Counted from the stretch's first letter, positions 8,250-18,210 are shown. The stretch: 44,941 nt of DNA from an uncultured Candidatus Saccharibacteria bacterium (GCA_964583485.1 CAZOVC010000004.1:1-44941), one strand, 5' to 3'. The notes: generated from the letters alone by a model not told the origin. Made by a program: numbers and translations.

Positions 8250-8638
8250 AAATATTTATTATCTGTCCTAAAGACAGTTGCTATATTTATTTCTCTTGTG
8301 TTTTTATCCTCTATAGAACAGAGGTATTTTTTATTTTTTAATTCTTTAACTAAACAAAAATCTCCTCTCTTTCCATTTCTGTTTTTATATATATTATCTG
8401 GATATCTTACTATTTTATGTAAGTTCTGAATAATAAAATCATACTGTTCAGCAGGCTTTTGGTCATATATGTGTTTAAGTACCTTAGTGTTAATATATAC
8501 GTTATTTGAAGAAAGATTAACGCCTCGCCTTACCGCATAATTTAAATGACACAATAATATTTTCTTGTTGAGGTTCTCCCGGACGGAAGGATCCTCTGCG
8601 ATTGCGAGGCAGCAGGTTTTAATAAGCCATGTCGGCAT
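8198..8638 (-). CDS. putative PBECR/RelE-like (BECR-fold) ribonuclease-type protein
   Basis: LKHIYDQK...IVRYPDNIYKN...RGDFCLVK...IATVFR pattern recalled from PBECR-like proteins; not database-verified; start uncertain. Confidence 0.5.
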   Translation of the reverse strand: MPTWLIKTCCLAIAEDPSVRENLNKKILLCHLNYAVRRGVNLSSNNVYINTKVLKHIYDQKPAEQYDFIIQNLHKIVRYPDNIYKNRNGKRGDFCLVKELKNKKYLCSIEDKNTREINIATVFRTDNKYLKKYEPLWSWRNGGSSS

Positions 8639-8657
8639 AGAAGAATAATAGAAAATT

Positions 8658-8918
8658 ATGTCAAAAAAAATAGAGAAAAGCTATCGGGAAAGTGACGAAT
8701 ACAAGTCGCTGATCGATGACTGCAAATCAACATTAGTAGAAGGGATATTCAATGCCAGGATGGACGTGATCATCACCCACGGCAAGATAGGAGAGAGAGT
8801 GGCCACAGACAAACTCTACAAGAAATACGGGAAAGGGCGCCGGCCAGGGCTAATAAAAGCCCTTACGGAAAACAAAGGAGTGATGCAATGCTCGAACTAC
8901 AACAGTTTCGGTAAATAA
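8658..8918 (+). CDS. short protein resembling the DUF1016/YhcG N-terminal helical region, possibly truncated
   Basis: EYKSLIDDCKSTLVEG...ARMDVIITHGKIGERV...YGKG, then unrelated tail. Confidence 0.4.
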   Translation: MSKKIEKSYRESDEYKSLIDDCKSTLVEGIFNARMDVIITHGKIGERVATDKLYKKYGKGRRPGLIKALTENKGVMQCSNYNSFGK

Positions 8919-8935
8919 AGAATAATCTTAAACAG

Positions 8936-8968
8936 AAGGTCCCTTTGAGGAAATCAAAGGGACTTTTT
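8936..8968 (+). terminator. intrinsic terminator (possibly also serves the convergent rRNA transcript)
   Basis: gtccctttga-ggaaa-tcaaagggac followed by T tract. Confidence 0.8.
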
Positions 8969-8983
8969 TAATTAAAAATATTA

Positions 8984-9109
8984 TGGCCACTATAAGAGAG
9001 CTACCTACTTTCGCCCAAAAGGACTATCATCGGCCTTGAGAGATTTCACTTCCGAGTTCGAAATGGGATCGGGTGGAGCACTCCCAGTATAACTCCCTTA
9101 TAGTAGCCA
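8984..9109 (-). rRNA. rrf: 5S rRNA (ends approximate)
   Basis: CCCGAUCCCAUUUCGAACUCGGAAGUGAAA core, GCGAAAGUAGGU; long terminal helix. Confidence 0.93.
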
Positions 9110-9253
9110 CAATAAATAAATTACTAGCATTAATTGTTAGCCAACCTAATATGATTTATTAGTACTGCTCAGCTAAACCCGTTACCGGGCTTACACTTAC
9201 AGCCTATTAACCTCGTCATCTTCGAGGAATCTAAGAATCCTAATCTTGTGGTG

Positions 9254-9286
<33 letters not shown>

Positions 9287-9403
9287 CTTCCCAACTTAGC
9301 TACTCAGCAGTGCTCTTGGCAGAACAGCTGATACACCAGAGGTTAGTTCAGTCCGGTCCTCTCGTACTAAGACCAACTCCACTCAAGATTCAACGCCTGC
9401 GGT

Positions 9404-9434
<31 letters not shown>

Positions 9435-9520
9435 GAACCCAGCTCGCGTAACGCTTTAATTGGCGAACAGCCAAACCCTTGGGAGCTGTTCCACCCCCAG
9501 GATGCGTTGAGCCGACATCG

Positions 9521-10330
9521 CTCTTCTCTATTATTACTAATAGTATGGACTATATCTTCACCCGCCACAACTTTTTAGACGTTGGCGGGGTTGGCGTATT
9601 ATAGTAGTTTGAACCTACTATCCCTTGATTTTCATCAAGAAGTCTCTACGGGGTCTCACTTAATTTATATCGCATTGTAGGAACTATATAAGGATTAATT
9701 ATTCTTCTAAATCTATCTGCACTTCCCGTTCTTATTCTAATTCTGTAATATATTTTATCTCGATTCAGTGAACTCTCAATTCCATACTCTTTTTTCAACG
9801 TTTCTATTAATCTTTTCTGAGACAAATAATCAAATCCTTGAGTGTTCAAGTAATAAGTTTTATAGGTTTTACTTCCATCATCCATAAACCATACTGCCAT
9901 TATCAATGAATTTAACTGAAATTCTGGCACAATCTTCTTTCCATTTTGATAAAACTTCTGATAAATTTCGGTCAAATCTGGATGTTGTCGAGTAGAAAAT
10001 CTATATGCTATTCTTGTTCCATTTCCTTTTCTTCGTCTCGGCGGAGTTATTACTATTCTTTTCAATGCTTGATATTTCCAATCTATATAGAATTTTTGTT
10101 TGATGCTACTATCAATCTCAAAAAGTGCGTTTTTTCTTCCGGGAACAATTCTTAAATATCCATCACCTAAAACTGATCCTACAATTATTGATTTTTCTTT
10201 TTTGGTGAGACTTCCCACGGTATTGTCCATTATTATATTTTAACATAAATTTTAATGGATTTCACCGTTATAAGCCACTTTTTTGTATGACATTACTGTC
10301 ATAAGACCCCGATTTGCCGGCAATACTTTG
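9521..10330 (-). mobile_element. group I intron (IA-type, extra P7.1/P7.2 hairpins) at about L2500
   Basis: splits GAGACCU|CGAUGUCGGC; IGS GGGUCUU pairs with exon GAGACCU with U-G at the splice site; R element CGUAGAGACU, S element GAAGAUAUAGUCC, terminal G. Confidence 0.93.
9646..10230 (-). CDS. intron-encoded double-motif LAGLIDADG homing endonuclease
   Basis: IVGSVLGDGYL and AVWFMDDGS motifs. Confidence 0.92.
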   Translation of the reverse strand: MDNTVGSLTKKEKSIIVGSVLGDGYLRIVPGRKNALFEIDSSIKQKFYIDWKYQALKRIVITPPRRRKGNGTRIAYRFSTRQHPDLTEIYQKFYQNGKKIVPEFQLNSLIMAVWFMDDGSKTYKTYYLNTQGFDYLSQKRLIETLKKEYGIESSLNRDKIYYRIRIRTGSADRFRRIINPYIVPTMRYKLSETP

Positions 10331-13002
10331 AGGTCTCGAACAGGGCCGTTGATATGGACTCGCGGGCCCTACTAAGCTGTTATCCCCGGGGTAGCTTTTA
10401 GCTGATAATCTTCGGATTTTCTATTAAAATCCGTCGGTTCACTAAGTTCTAGTTTCCTAACTGCGCAGCATATCCGCCTTGCAGTAAAGCCAGCTTTTGG
10501 CTTTATCCGACAACTCCGATTTCCATCCGGAGCTAGCTGACCTTTAAACGCCTCCATTACCTTTTAGGAGGCAAGTGCCCCACTTAAACTGTCTATTAAA
10601 CACTGTATCCCGTTGAGCGGGATTAGAATTAAGATTTTGAAAGAAAGGTGTTTCATTGTTGACTCCACCCCGCCCAAAAGCAAGGTTTCAAAGTCTACCT
10701 TCTACGCTACGCATCCAAAACCAAAATCCAATATCTAACTACAGTAAAGCTCCCGGGGTCTTTCCGTCTAGCCGCAGGTAACCGGCATCTTTACCGGTAC
10801 TGCATTTTCACCGAGCTGCTCCTGGAGACAGTTCCCCAGTCGTTAAGCCTTTCATGCGGGCCAGAACTTACCTGGCAAGAGACTACGCTACCTTTGGACG
10901 ATTATAGTTATCGCCGACGTTCACTGGCGCTTCGAGCAGTCAGCCCAATCCCGCAAAATGCGAAAAAGGACCGCCGCTGTTAACGTTCCAGCACTGGTCA
11001 GGCCTCAACCCCTATACATCCTCTTGCGAGTTTAGCAGGGATTTGTGTTTTTGATAAACAGTCGCCAGGGTACTTTAGCTGCGGCCCCCGCTAAGCGGGG
11101 GCAAGGCATATTCCGAAGTTACGCCTGCTTTTTTGCCGAGTTCCTTCAGGAGCTTTCACTCGTTCACCTTAGCACACTTATGCCAACCTACCTGTGTTGG
11201 TTTGCGGTACGGACCCAACATCTCTATTTCTCATAGGCTTTTCTGGATAACTTATTCAACAAGTTCGCTTTGCCCGAAAGCAAAGCTCAACTGTAAATCC
11301 AATAATACAGCTTGTCTCCTAAATTACGTCACCTTTCGAAAAGATGCTGAGGGGCCGGAATATTAACCGGCTGTCCATCTCTCGTCTACCTTTCGGTAGA
11401 CGGATTAGGCCCGCCTAACCCTTGGATGATTACCATTGCCAAGGAAACCTCAGGTTTTCGGTGTGCCGCTTTCTCAGCGGCATTGCGGTTACTCATGCCA
11501 ACATTCTCACTTTCTAACACTCCGCTCTGCCTTACAGCAAAGCTTCAAAGTATTAGAAACGCTCCCCTACCATCCCCGCTAAGCGGGGATTCTTATCTTC
11601 GGTATCAAGCTTTAGTCCCGTAAATTTTTGGCGCAAAATTCCTTAGCTAGTAAGCTGTTACGCACTTTTCAAAGGCTCGCTGCTTCTAAGCTAACCTCCT
11701 AGCTATCAGAGGAACTTCACCTCCTTTAAAACACTTAGCTTGATTTAGGGACCTTAGATTAAGATCTGGGCTGTTTCCCTTTTGACTATGGAGCTTAGCC
11801 CCCACAGTCTAACTGCCTTACTTAAATTTCCAGTATTCGAAGTTTGGTAGGAAAATCCGAGCAAAGCCCAAAATAATCCTTCCAGTGCTCTACCCCTGGA
11901 AACAATAATAAGACGCTAGCCCTAAAGCTATTTCGGGGAGAACCAGCTATTACCAAGCTCGATTAGCTTTTCACTCCTTACCACAGCTCATCCCAGAGTA
12001 TTGCACGGCTCACGGGTTCGGGCCTCCCCCCCCTTTTCAGCGGAGTTCACCCTGGCCATGGCAAGCTCGCTTGGCTTCGGGTCTCTTTCACCTTCTTAAT
12101 AAATGCGCTATTAACGCTCGCTTTCGCTTTGCTTCCATCCCGAAAGGACTTAAACAAAGAAGGTAAAAGAACTCGTTGGCTCATTCTTCAATAGGCACGC
12201 CATCAGTCGCCTAAGGCGACCTCTGACTCCTTGTAAGCAAAATGGTTTCAGGTACTATTTCACCGCCCTTACCGGGCTACTTTTCACCTTTCCCTCACGG
12301 TACTGGTTCACTATCGGAGATATCAAGTATTTAGCCTTGGCCAATTAGTCTGGCCTGCTTCCCACAGGGTTTTCGTGTCCCGTGGTACTCAAGTAAGATA
12401 GTAAGGAGCGCAAAGAAATTTTCAAATACGGGGCTATTACCCTCTATGGCTGCCCTTTCCAGGGTCATTTTTCTAATTAACCTTGTCTAAATGTTCTCCC
12501 TCAAAAGTATTCCAGTGTACCCGGAATACTCCCGACACTACCCTCTTACAACCCCCCGATGTTACATCGGGGTTTGGGCTTCTCCTTTTTCGCTCGCCGC
12601 TACTCAAGGAATAAAAATTTTTCTCTTTTCCTCCGCTTACTGAGATGTTTCACTTCAGCGGGTTTGCTCTCGCCTAAGGCGAGTAATTTCGCTTATCGCG
12701 AAATCGGGTTTCCCCATTCGGAAATCCCCGGATCAAAGGTTGCTAAACACCTCACCGAGGCTTATCGCAGTCACGCCACGTCCTTCATCGCCTTGATATC
12801 CCAAGGCATCCACCATCTGCTCTTAAATTAATGGTTGGCTAACAATTAATGCTAGTAATTTTATTCAGTTTTCAAAAAACTTTCCGATAAAACAAAAACC
12901 GCTTTGGAAGCGGATTTATCAAAGTATACTCAAAAATCCAGAATCTAACCGCTCCTTTTATTTTTATCCATAATTGTCCTTATGTTTCTCATATCTCTTT
13001 TA

Positions 13003-13030
13003 ATTGTAGCAAAGTAAAAACCCTTGTCAA
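13003..13030 (-). promoter_or_regulatory. dedicated 23S-5S promoter
   Basis: TTGACA, 16 bp, TACAAT, about 170 bp upstream of 23S. Confidence 0.75.
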
Positions 13031-13056
13031 GCCCCTGTACAGCCCTGTAAATGAAT

Positions 13057-13094
13057 AAAAGAAGCCAAGCCCCTATTCAGGAACCTAGCTTCTT
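13057..13094 (-). terminator. terminator insulating the 23S promoter from upstream genes
   Basis: 16-bp stem with G-U pairs, loop GAAU, U tract on minus strand. Confidence 0.7.
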
Positions 13095-13116
13095 GAATTT
13101 CCAAAAATAATTTTAT

Positions 13117-13800
13117 TTATCCCCTTAGCTTATTTCTTAAATCTTGAAGAACTTCTGATGCCACGTCCTTTCCTCCCAAACCAAGCGAAAGACCAACCGC
13201 CAAAACAATTATTGCTACAATTCCCCGGAATAAATCTGCCATAAAAACCTTTCCAATTCCAAGCTGGTATAAAATAGTCAAAATTGCGAAAATCCAGATT
13301 GACCATTTCACGATTACTCCAACAATTTGTCCATATCCCATTTTAGCGCCTTCTACCGCTGCTCTAACAATCTTCTCTAAAACATCGGCGATAATCACTG
13401 CTACTACAAAAATGAAAGCGGCAACAATCACATTAGGCAAGAAAGGCAAAACTTCCCCCGTCAGAAACATAGTTAATTCGCTAAATCCTAAAATCTCAAC
13501 CGCTGCTGCCAAGAAAACAATCAGCAAAACCCATTTAAAAATAGCTCCGATAAAAGAAGAAACATCTGCTTTTATTTCAGCTTTTTCCAAAGCGGTTTTC
13601 CATCCGCCTTTTTCAAAGATTCGGTCAAACTTTATTCTTTTCAAGACTTCAGCTACTAACTTTCCGATGGCGATGGAAACAAGCCAGCCAATCAGAAAAA
13701 CAATAATTGCTCCAACAAGATTAGGAGTAAAATCAATAAATCCTTGCCAAAGATTTTTCAAGGCAATAATAGTAGTATCAAACCAATCTGTTAATATCAT
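13117..13800 (-). CDS. multi-TM membrane protein, MscS-associated TM-helix (CmpX-like) family
   Basis: PNLVGAIIVFLIGW and FLPNVIVAAFI repeats; ends GLGGKD. Confidence 0.75.
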   Translation of the reverse strand: MILTDWFDTTIIALKNLWQGFIDFTPNLVGAIIVFLIGWLVSIAIGKLVAEVLKRIKFDRIFEKGGWKTALEKAEIKADVSSFIGAIFKWVLLIVFLAAAVEILGFSELTMFLTGEVLPFLPNVIVAAFIFVVAVIIADVLEKIVRAAVEGAKMGYGQIVGVIVKWSIWIFAILTILYQLGIGKVFMADLFRGIVAIIVLAVGLSLGLGGKDVASEVLQDLRNKLRG

Positions 13801-13923
13801 ATTATTTTATGTTTACCCATCACTACCAATTTCATTGGTGTGAGGATAAAATTGATACTTGTTATGCCGACCTTTCTTATTAAAATATTATACCATACCC
13901 AAACAACCTTACCCTGTGGAAAA

Positions 13924-14685
13924 CTATTCTTCTGGTAATTTCTTGCCAAATGCTTCAAAAGCTCTTAAAATTTCTAAAGGCACTGCAAAAACAATAGTAT
14001 TTGACTGGTCAGAACTTATATCATTAATTGACTGAAGAGTTCTCAAGTGCAGAGCTCCTTTTGATTCTGATAAGATTTGAGCAGCTTTAGCCATATTATC
14101 AGCGGCAATTACCTCTCCCTGAGCTTTAATAATTATTGCTCTTTTTTCTCTTTCTGCTTCTGCCTGCTTGCCAATAACCCTTTTCATTTCTTCTGGCAAG
14201 GTTATATCTTTCAACTCAACATTGATAACTTCAATTCCCCAGGGATCAGTAGCTTTATCTACAATAGTTCTTATGTTTTCCGAAACCCTGTCTCTCTGGG
14301 AAAGAAGCTCATCTAAGTCAACCTGGCCTACAGCATTTCGCATTGTTGTCTGAGCTAACTGAGAAATAGCATAATAAAAATTCTCTACCTCTAAAATTGC
14401 CTTATCAGCACTTCGGACTTTATAGTAAATAACAGCGTTAACGCTCACTGAAATATTATCCTTAGTTATTGCTTCCTGGCTTGGCACATCTACCGCTTTT
14501 ACTCTTAAATCTACTTTTCTATGGGATTGAATAATAGGAAAAACCAATCTCCATCCCGGATTCATCAAACCAATATACTTGCCGAGCATAAACTTTACTC
14601 CTTTTTGATACTGATTAATCTGTCTGATAGAAATCAAAATAATGAAGACAATTATTCCTAAAATTATTAACATTACATTTGTCAT
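13924..14685 (-). CDS. SPFH/band 7 (slipin/stomatin-like) protein
   Basis: ITKDNISVSVNAVIY, AQTTMRNAVG, TDPWGIEV, QAEAERE, LHLRTLQ. Confidence 0.93.
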   Translation of the reverse strand: MTNVMLIILGIIVFIILISIRQINQYQKGVKFMLGKYIGLMNPGWRLVFPIIQSHRKVDLRVKAVDVPSQEAITKDNISVSVNAVIYYKVRSADKAILEVENFYYAISQLAQTTMRNAVGQVDLDELLSQRDRVSENIRTIVDKATDPWGIEVINVELKDITLPEEMKRVIGKQAEAEREKRAIIIKAQGEVIAADNMAKAAQILSESKGALHLRTLQSINDISSDQSNTIVFAVPLEILRAFEAFGKKLPEE

Positions 14686-14749
14686 ATTTTTAAATTTTTA
14701 AAATAATTTAATTGATTATTAACCTTTCCGACCTTTTATTTGATTTTAT

Positions 14750-15010
14750 TTAAAATTGAATAACGTATAATCCTTTTTTCTTGATTTCCTTTTCCTGACT
14801 AAAATCATTGAGTTTGAATTTCAAAAGGTATTTTACATTCTTTCTAATCTTTCTGCCAGTATATTTTTTAGTTTTTGGATTCCATTCTTCTAAAACCAAA
14901 ATATCTCCTTGTTTAATTCTAAAATCAGCCAATCTTAATTCAAATTTCTTCTCGCCCGACTTCACAAGATTAAACCACTCTGGCCAAATTTTCTTTTTAA
15001 TCATTGCCAT
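14750..15010 (-). CDS. ASCH/DUF3850 domain protein
   Basis: KKIWPEWF..V.SGEKKFELR..D..GD.L.L.EW. Confidence 0.8.
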   Translation of the reverse strand: MAMIKKKIWPEWFNLVKSGEKKFELRLADFRIKQGDILVLEEWNPKTKKYTGRKIRKNVKYLLKFKLNDFSQEKEIKKKGLYVIQF

Positions 15011-15242
15011 AGATTTTATTTTTAATTTTATTTATTTCAACTGGGTCCTCTAATAGTTCCCCTTTATGTAATTTATATAGAAGAGGAATAACCCCACAAC
15101 TTTTACATTTTCCCCAAGCACATTTTCCCGAATTTTCTTTTGACAATTTCTGACAAAGTGCGACCTCTCTATCAAAAATCTCCTTATTGATAATATCTTT
15201 CTTCAATCCTGTTTTACAAGTTAATTTAGTTTTATTTTTCAT
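14997..15242 (-). CDS. small Cys-containing hypothetical protein
   Basis: C..CAWGKCKSCG; overlaps next gene in the operon. Confidence 0.65.
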   Translation of the reverse strand: MKNKTKLTCKTGLKKDIINKEIFDREVALCQKLSKENSGKCAWGKCKSCGVIPLLYKLHKGELLEDPVEINKIKNKIYGND

Positions 15243-15333
15243 AGTTTTATTTCAATCAATTTTTTGATTTTTTAAATAAACTCGGTTTATTAATTTTTAT
15301 TTAAAACTAGTTAAAACTAAACCGAGTCTAGTT

Positions 15334-15358
15334 TTGCGTTAAGCTAAGCTTAACGCAA
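15334..15358. repeat. intergenic inverted repeat with C-UUA-G cap
   Basis: ttgcgttaagct-a-agcttaacgcaa. Confidence 0.85.
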
Positions 15359-15359
15359 T

Positions 15360-15821
15360 CTATAAATCAGAGTTGACACTATTTTTTTTAGCAATAAACT
15401 TTTTTAAAATTTTCTCGCTCGGAGAAAAAATAGGATTTGGTAAATTATCTAAATTAAACCATCTCCATTCAGTAATCTCATCCGGCTCCATAATCTTTGG
15501 TTCTCCTTCAAAATCTCTACATAAAAATCCTATAGTAATAAAATGAGCATCTGAAACTTTATCACTTGTAACGCTTATAATTTCCAACTTATCCTTATTT
15601 GGATTAATTCCAGTTTCTTCAAAAACCTCTCTGCAAGCAGAATCCTCTAATTCCTCTTGAAAATGAAGCTTACCTCCAGGCATTGTCCAACTGCCTTCAC
15701 CATGAAGCTCGCTATCTGCTTTCGCAGCATCACTATGCCTTTTCCCAAGCAAAACTTTATTATCTCTTAAAATCATCACTCCAACCCCAACCCCTGGTTT
15801 TTTATTTATATTATCCTTCAT
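15360..15821 (-). CDS. Nudix hydrolase
   Basis: Nudix box GGKLHFQEELEDSACREVFEETG. Confidence 0.92.
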   Translation of the reverse strand: MKDNINKKPGVGVGVMILRDNKVLLGKRHSDAAKADSELHGEGSWTMPGGKLHFQEELEDSACREVFEETGINPNKDKLEIISVTSDKVSDAHFITIGFLCRDFEGEPKIMEPDEITEWRWFNLDNLPNPIFSPSEKILKKFIAKKNSVNSDL

Positions 15822-15830
15822 AAATTTTAA

Positions 15831-16508
15831 TTAGTTTTCTCCCCTTGTTTCTTTCTCTAACCTATCTAAAAAACTCTTAAAATATTCCGTCCTTTCTTGG
15901 GCAAGCTCTTTTGCTTCTTTGGTATAGAGTTTATCTTTTAGGAATCTTAATTTCGTCTCAAATTCTATTTGAGGACTATGACTAGTTTTATCTTGTACTC
16001 TGCCATTTATCTTTCCTCCGAGATTCTTTTTAATATATTGTTCAAGATTAGGATTTGAATAAATATTAGCATTATTCCTTCCAACCCAAACAAAAGCTCT
16101 GGCAACACCAATAGCACCTATTGTATCAAGTTTATCTGCGTCAAATAAAATCTTAGCCTCTATTGTTTGAGGCTCATTTCCTGTTCTATATCTATGAGAA
16201 ATAATACAATCTTGAACATGTTTTATTTTATCTTCAGAAAAACCGAAATCTCTTAATATTGGTCCTGCCATATTAGAACTTAAAACAGCGTGATCTGTTT
16301 TTCCTGTAGAATCATCATCTTCTTTAACTCTTGCTATATCATGGAGTAAAGCTGCTGCTTGCAGAATATCTAAATCAACTCTTTCCTTCTTAGCTAAATG
16401 CAGACATAGATTATATACTCTAAAAACATGGTCCATCTGATGGGCAGAACAAGAACCAGAAAGCTCTTTTTCAACAATTTCTTTAATTTTCTCAAACTTC
16501 TCTTCCAT
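15831..16508 (-). CDS. HD-domain metal-dependent phosphohydrolase
   Basis: H..DHVFRV, ALLHDI, HRY, DADKLD. Confidence 0.9.
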   Translation of the reverse strand: MEEKFEKIKEIVEKELSGSCSAHQMDHVFRVYNLCLHLAKKERVDLDILQAAALLHDIARVKEDDDSTGKTDHAVLSSNMAGPILRDFGFSEDKIKHVQDCIISHRYRTGNEPQTIEAKILFDADKLDTIGAIGVARAFVWVGRNNANIYSNPNLEQYIKKNLGGKINGRVQDKTSHSPQIEFETKLRFLKDKLYTKEAKELAQERTEYFKSFLDRLEKETRGEN

Positions 16509-16639
16509 AAATTTTATTCAATCAATTTTTTGATTTTTTATTTAAAAAGGTTCCTAACCCCTTTTTCCACATTGTCAATACCCTTATCTGTGGAAAAGTA
16601 AAAAATGGGCACTCTCCCGTTTTTTGCTAAAATTTTTAT

Positions 16640-17458
16640 CTATTTATAACGTTGCCAATTGACTTTTGTGCCTCGTTTATTTTCAACCTGTTGACCGTCA
16701 GGTTTTTTGGCGAGGATTAAATATTTAAATCCTCTTAAAAAGAAATTAAATTTTTGAGCCCGGTAGTGCCAGACTCCGGTATTAGAGCTTTGACCTCTTC
16801 TTGTTACGCAAATCATATCTATAGGTTCAAATCCAGTTTTTTCTATCAAGGTCTCATAAATTTTAAAACCTACGGGGGTGAACTTTCTTTTTACCCATTG
16901 ATCTCCAATTAACCAACCTATAACCTTTCCTGGTTTTAAAACTCTGTAAATTTCTTTCGCTACTTTCTCTAATTCTTCATAAAAATTTGGGGCTTCTGCA
17001 GAAATTTTTCCGATATCCATCAATTCATCTGAATATTTGACATTGTCTCCATAAGGAGAATCTATGAAAACCATATCTACAGAATTCTCTTCAAGAGGAA
17101 TCTTACGAGAATCATTTTTAATAACTTTTGGATGTTGAGGATTAATATCATAACCAATTGCTTTTCTATCTTCCTCTTCGCATACATCAATTGTAGTTCC
17201 ACTTCCGGCCATCGGATCAATCACTAAATCTCCCGGTTTTGTGTAACGCTGAACCATATTCCAAATAATGAAAGCAGGAGTTACACCTTGAAATTTATTG
17301 TTACCTTTTGGCTTTTTACCATAACTTTGTCTTGGATAATCCCAAAGCGTAGTCGTTTCGAAAGACGGCTTTTCGTCCTCTATTTTTTCCTCCTTTAAAT
17401 TCTCTTTCAAGGGTAATATTTCCTTATTATTTTTTTTATTCTTTATTTCTTTTGGCAT
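16640..17458 (-). CDS. amino (N4-C/N6-A) DNA methyltransferase of a type II R-M pair
   Basis: SAM motif DPMAGSGTT, catalytic-like FIDSPY; overlaps upstream nuclease. Confidence 0.85.
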   Translation of the reverse strand: MPKEIKNKKNNKEILPLKENLKEEKIEDEKPSFETTTLWDYPRQSYGKKPKGNNKFQGVTPAFIIWNMVQRYTKPGDLVIDPMAGSGTTIDVCEEEDRKAIGYDINPQHPKVIKNDSRKIPLEENSVDMVFIDSPYGDNVKYSDELMDIGKISAEAPNFYEELEKVAKEIYRVLKPGKVIGWLIGDQWVKRKFTPVGFKIYETLIEKTGFEPIDMICVTRRGQSSNTGVWHYRAQKFNFFLRGFKYLILAKKPDGQQVENKRGTKVNWQRYK

Positions 17459-18137
17459 AAATTAAATTTTTTAAATCAATTAGAAATTTATCAAATTTTT
17501 TAACTTTCTCGCTTTCTTTAATTTCTTCCTCGCTCATCACATAACTTCCATCTGTATCAATTTCCACTATTGCTCTCCCTTTTTTAGCCGGTTCTCTAAC
17601 ACTTAAAGTTTTATCTTCATCTGGCGTAATAAAGAAAACTTTAATATGTTTAGTTACTTCATCTTGGTTAAGTTTTATTTTCCAATAACCGGTTTGCGCA
17701 ATTCTTTCTCTTAAAGTAACCTTGCTTGAAATTACAGCAATTATCTTATAATCTTCGGGGTTATAGATAATTATATCCACATCAGGCAAATGAGCACCAA
17801 ATTCACCATAATCAACTAAAAGATTTCTTTTTACTCGACTTAACTCCTTTGAAAGATTTTTACTATTTATCCTTTCTAAGGTATTTCCTTCTATTATTTT
17901 TAATCCTAATTTCTCTACTTCATCTTTAATAATATAAAGAATCAATTTCTCCAAATTCTTTCCTTTGAATGCTCTCCAAGATTGTTCATGATCTCCATTT
18001 GGCGTAGGCGACTTCAGCCAATCCTTTTTATGTAATTCTTTGCCTTCTCTCAATAATTCTGAGATATACTTAAAAGCATCGTTCCCATATTCTTCTTTTT
18101 TCTTTTCGTAAAGTTTTACTAAATCTTCAAATCTCAT
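17436..18137 (-). CDS. type II restriction endonuclease, BsaWI/Cfr10I-like
   Basis: EQSWRAFKGKNLE, PDVD, ISSKVTLRERIAQ pattern. Confidence 0.8.
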   Translation of the reverse strand: MRFEDLVKLYEKKKEEYGNDAFKYISELLREGKELHKKDWLKSPTPNGDHEQSWRAFKGKNLEKLILYIIKDEVEKLGLKIIEGNTLERINSKNLSKELSRVKRNLLVDYGEFGAHLPDVDIIIYNPEDYKIIAVISSKVTLRERIAQTGYWKIKLNQDEVTKHIKVFFITPDEDKTLSVREPAKKGRAIVEIDTDGSYVMSEEEIKESEKVKKFDKFLIDLKNLIYAKRNKE

Positions 18138-18210
18138 ATTATTTATTATAGCTCATTTCTGATTCTTTTTCTATTTTATCTTTATTTCCAAAAAATTTCA
18201 AGGAAAACTA

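Noticed and set aside
10228-10262. TTATGTTAAA resembling the XerD arm of dif
   Set aside because: It lies in the intron P5 loop and has no XerC arm at 6-bp spacing
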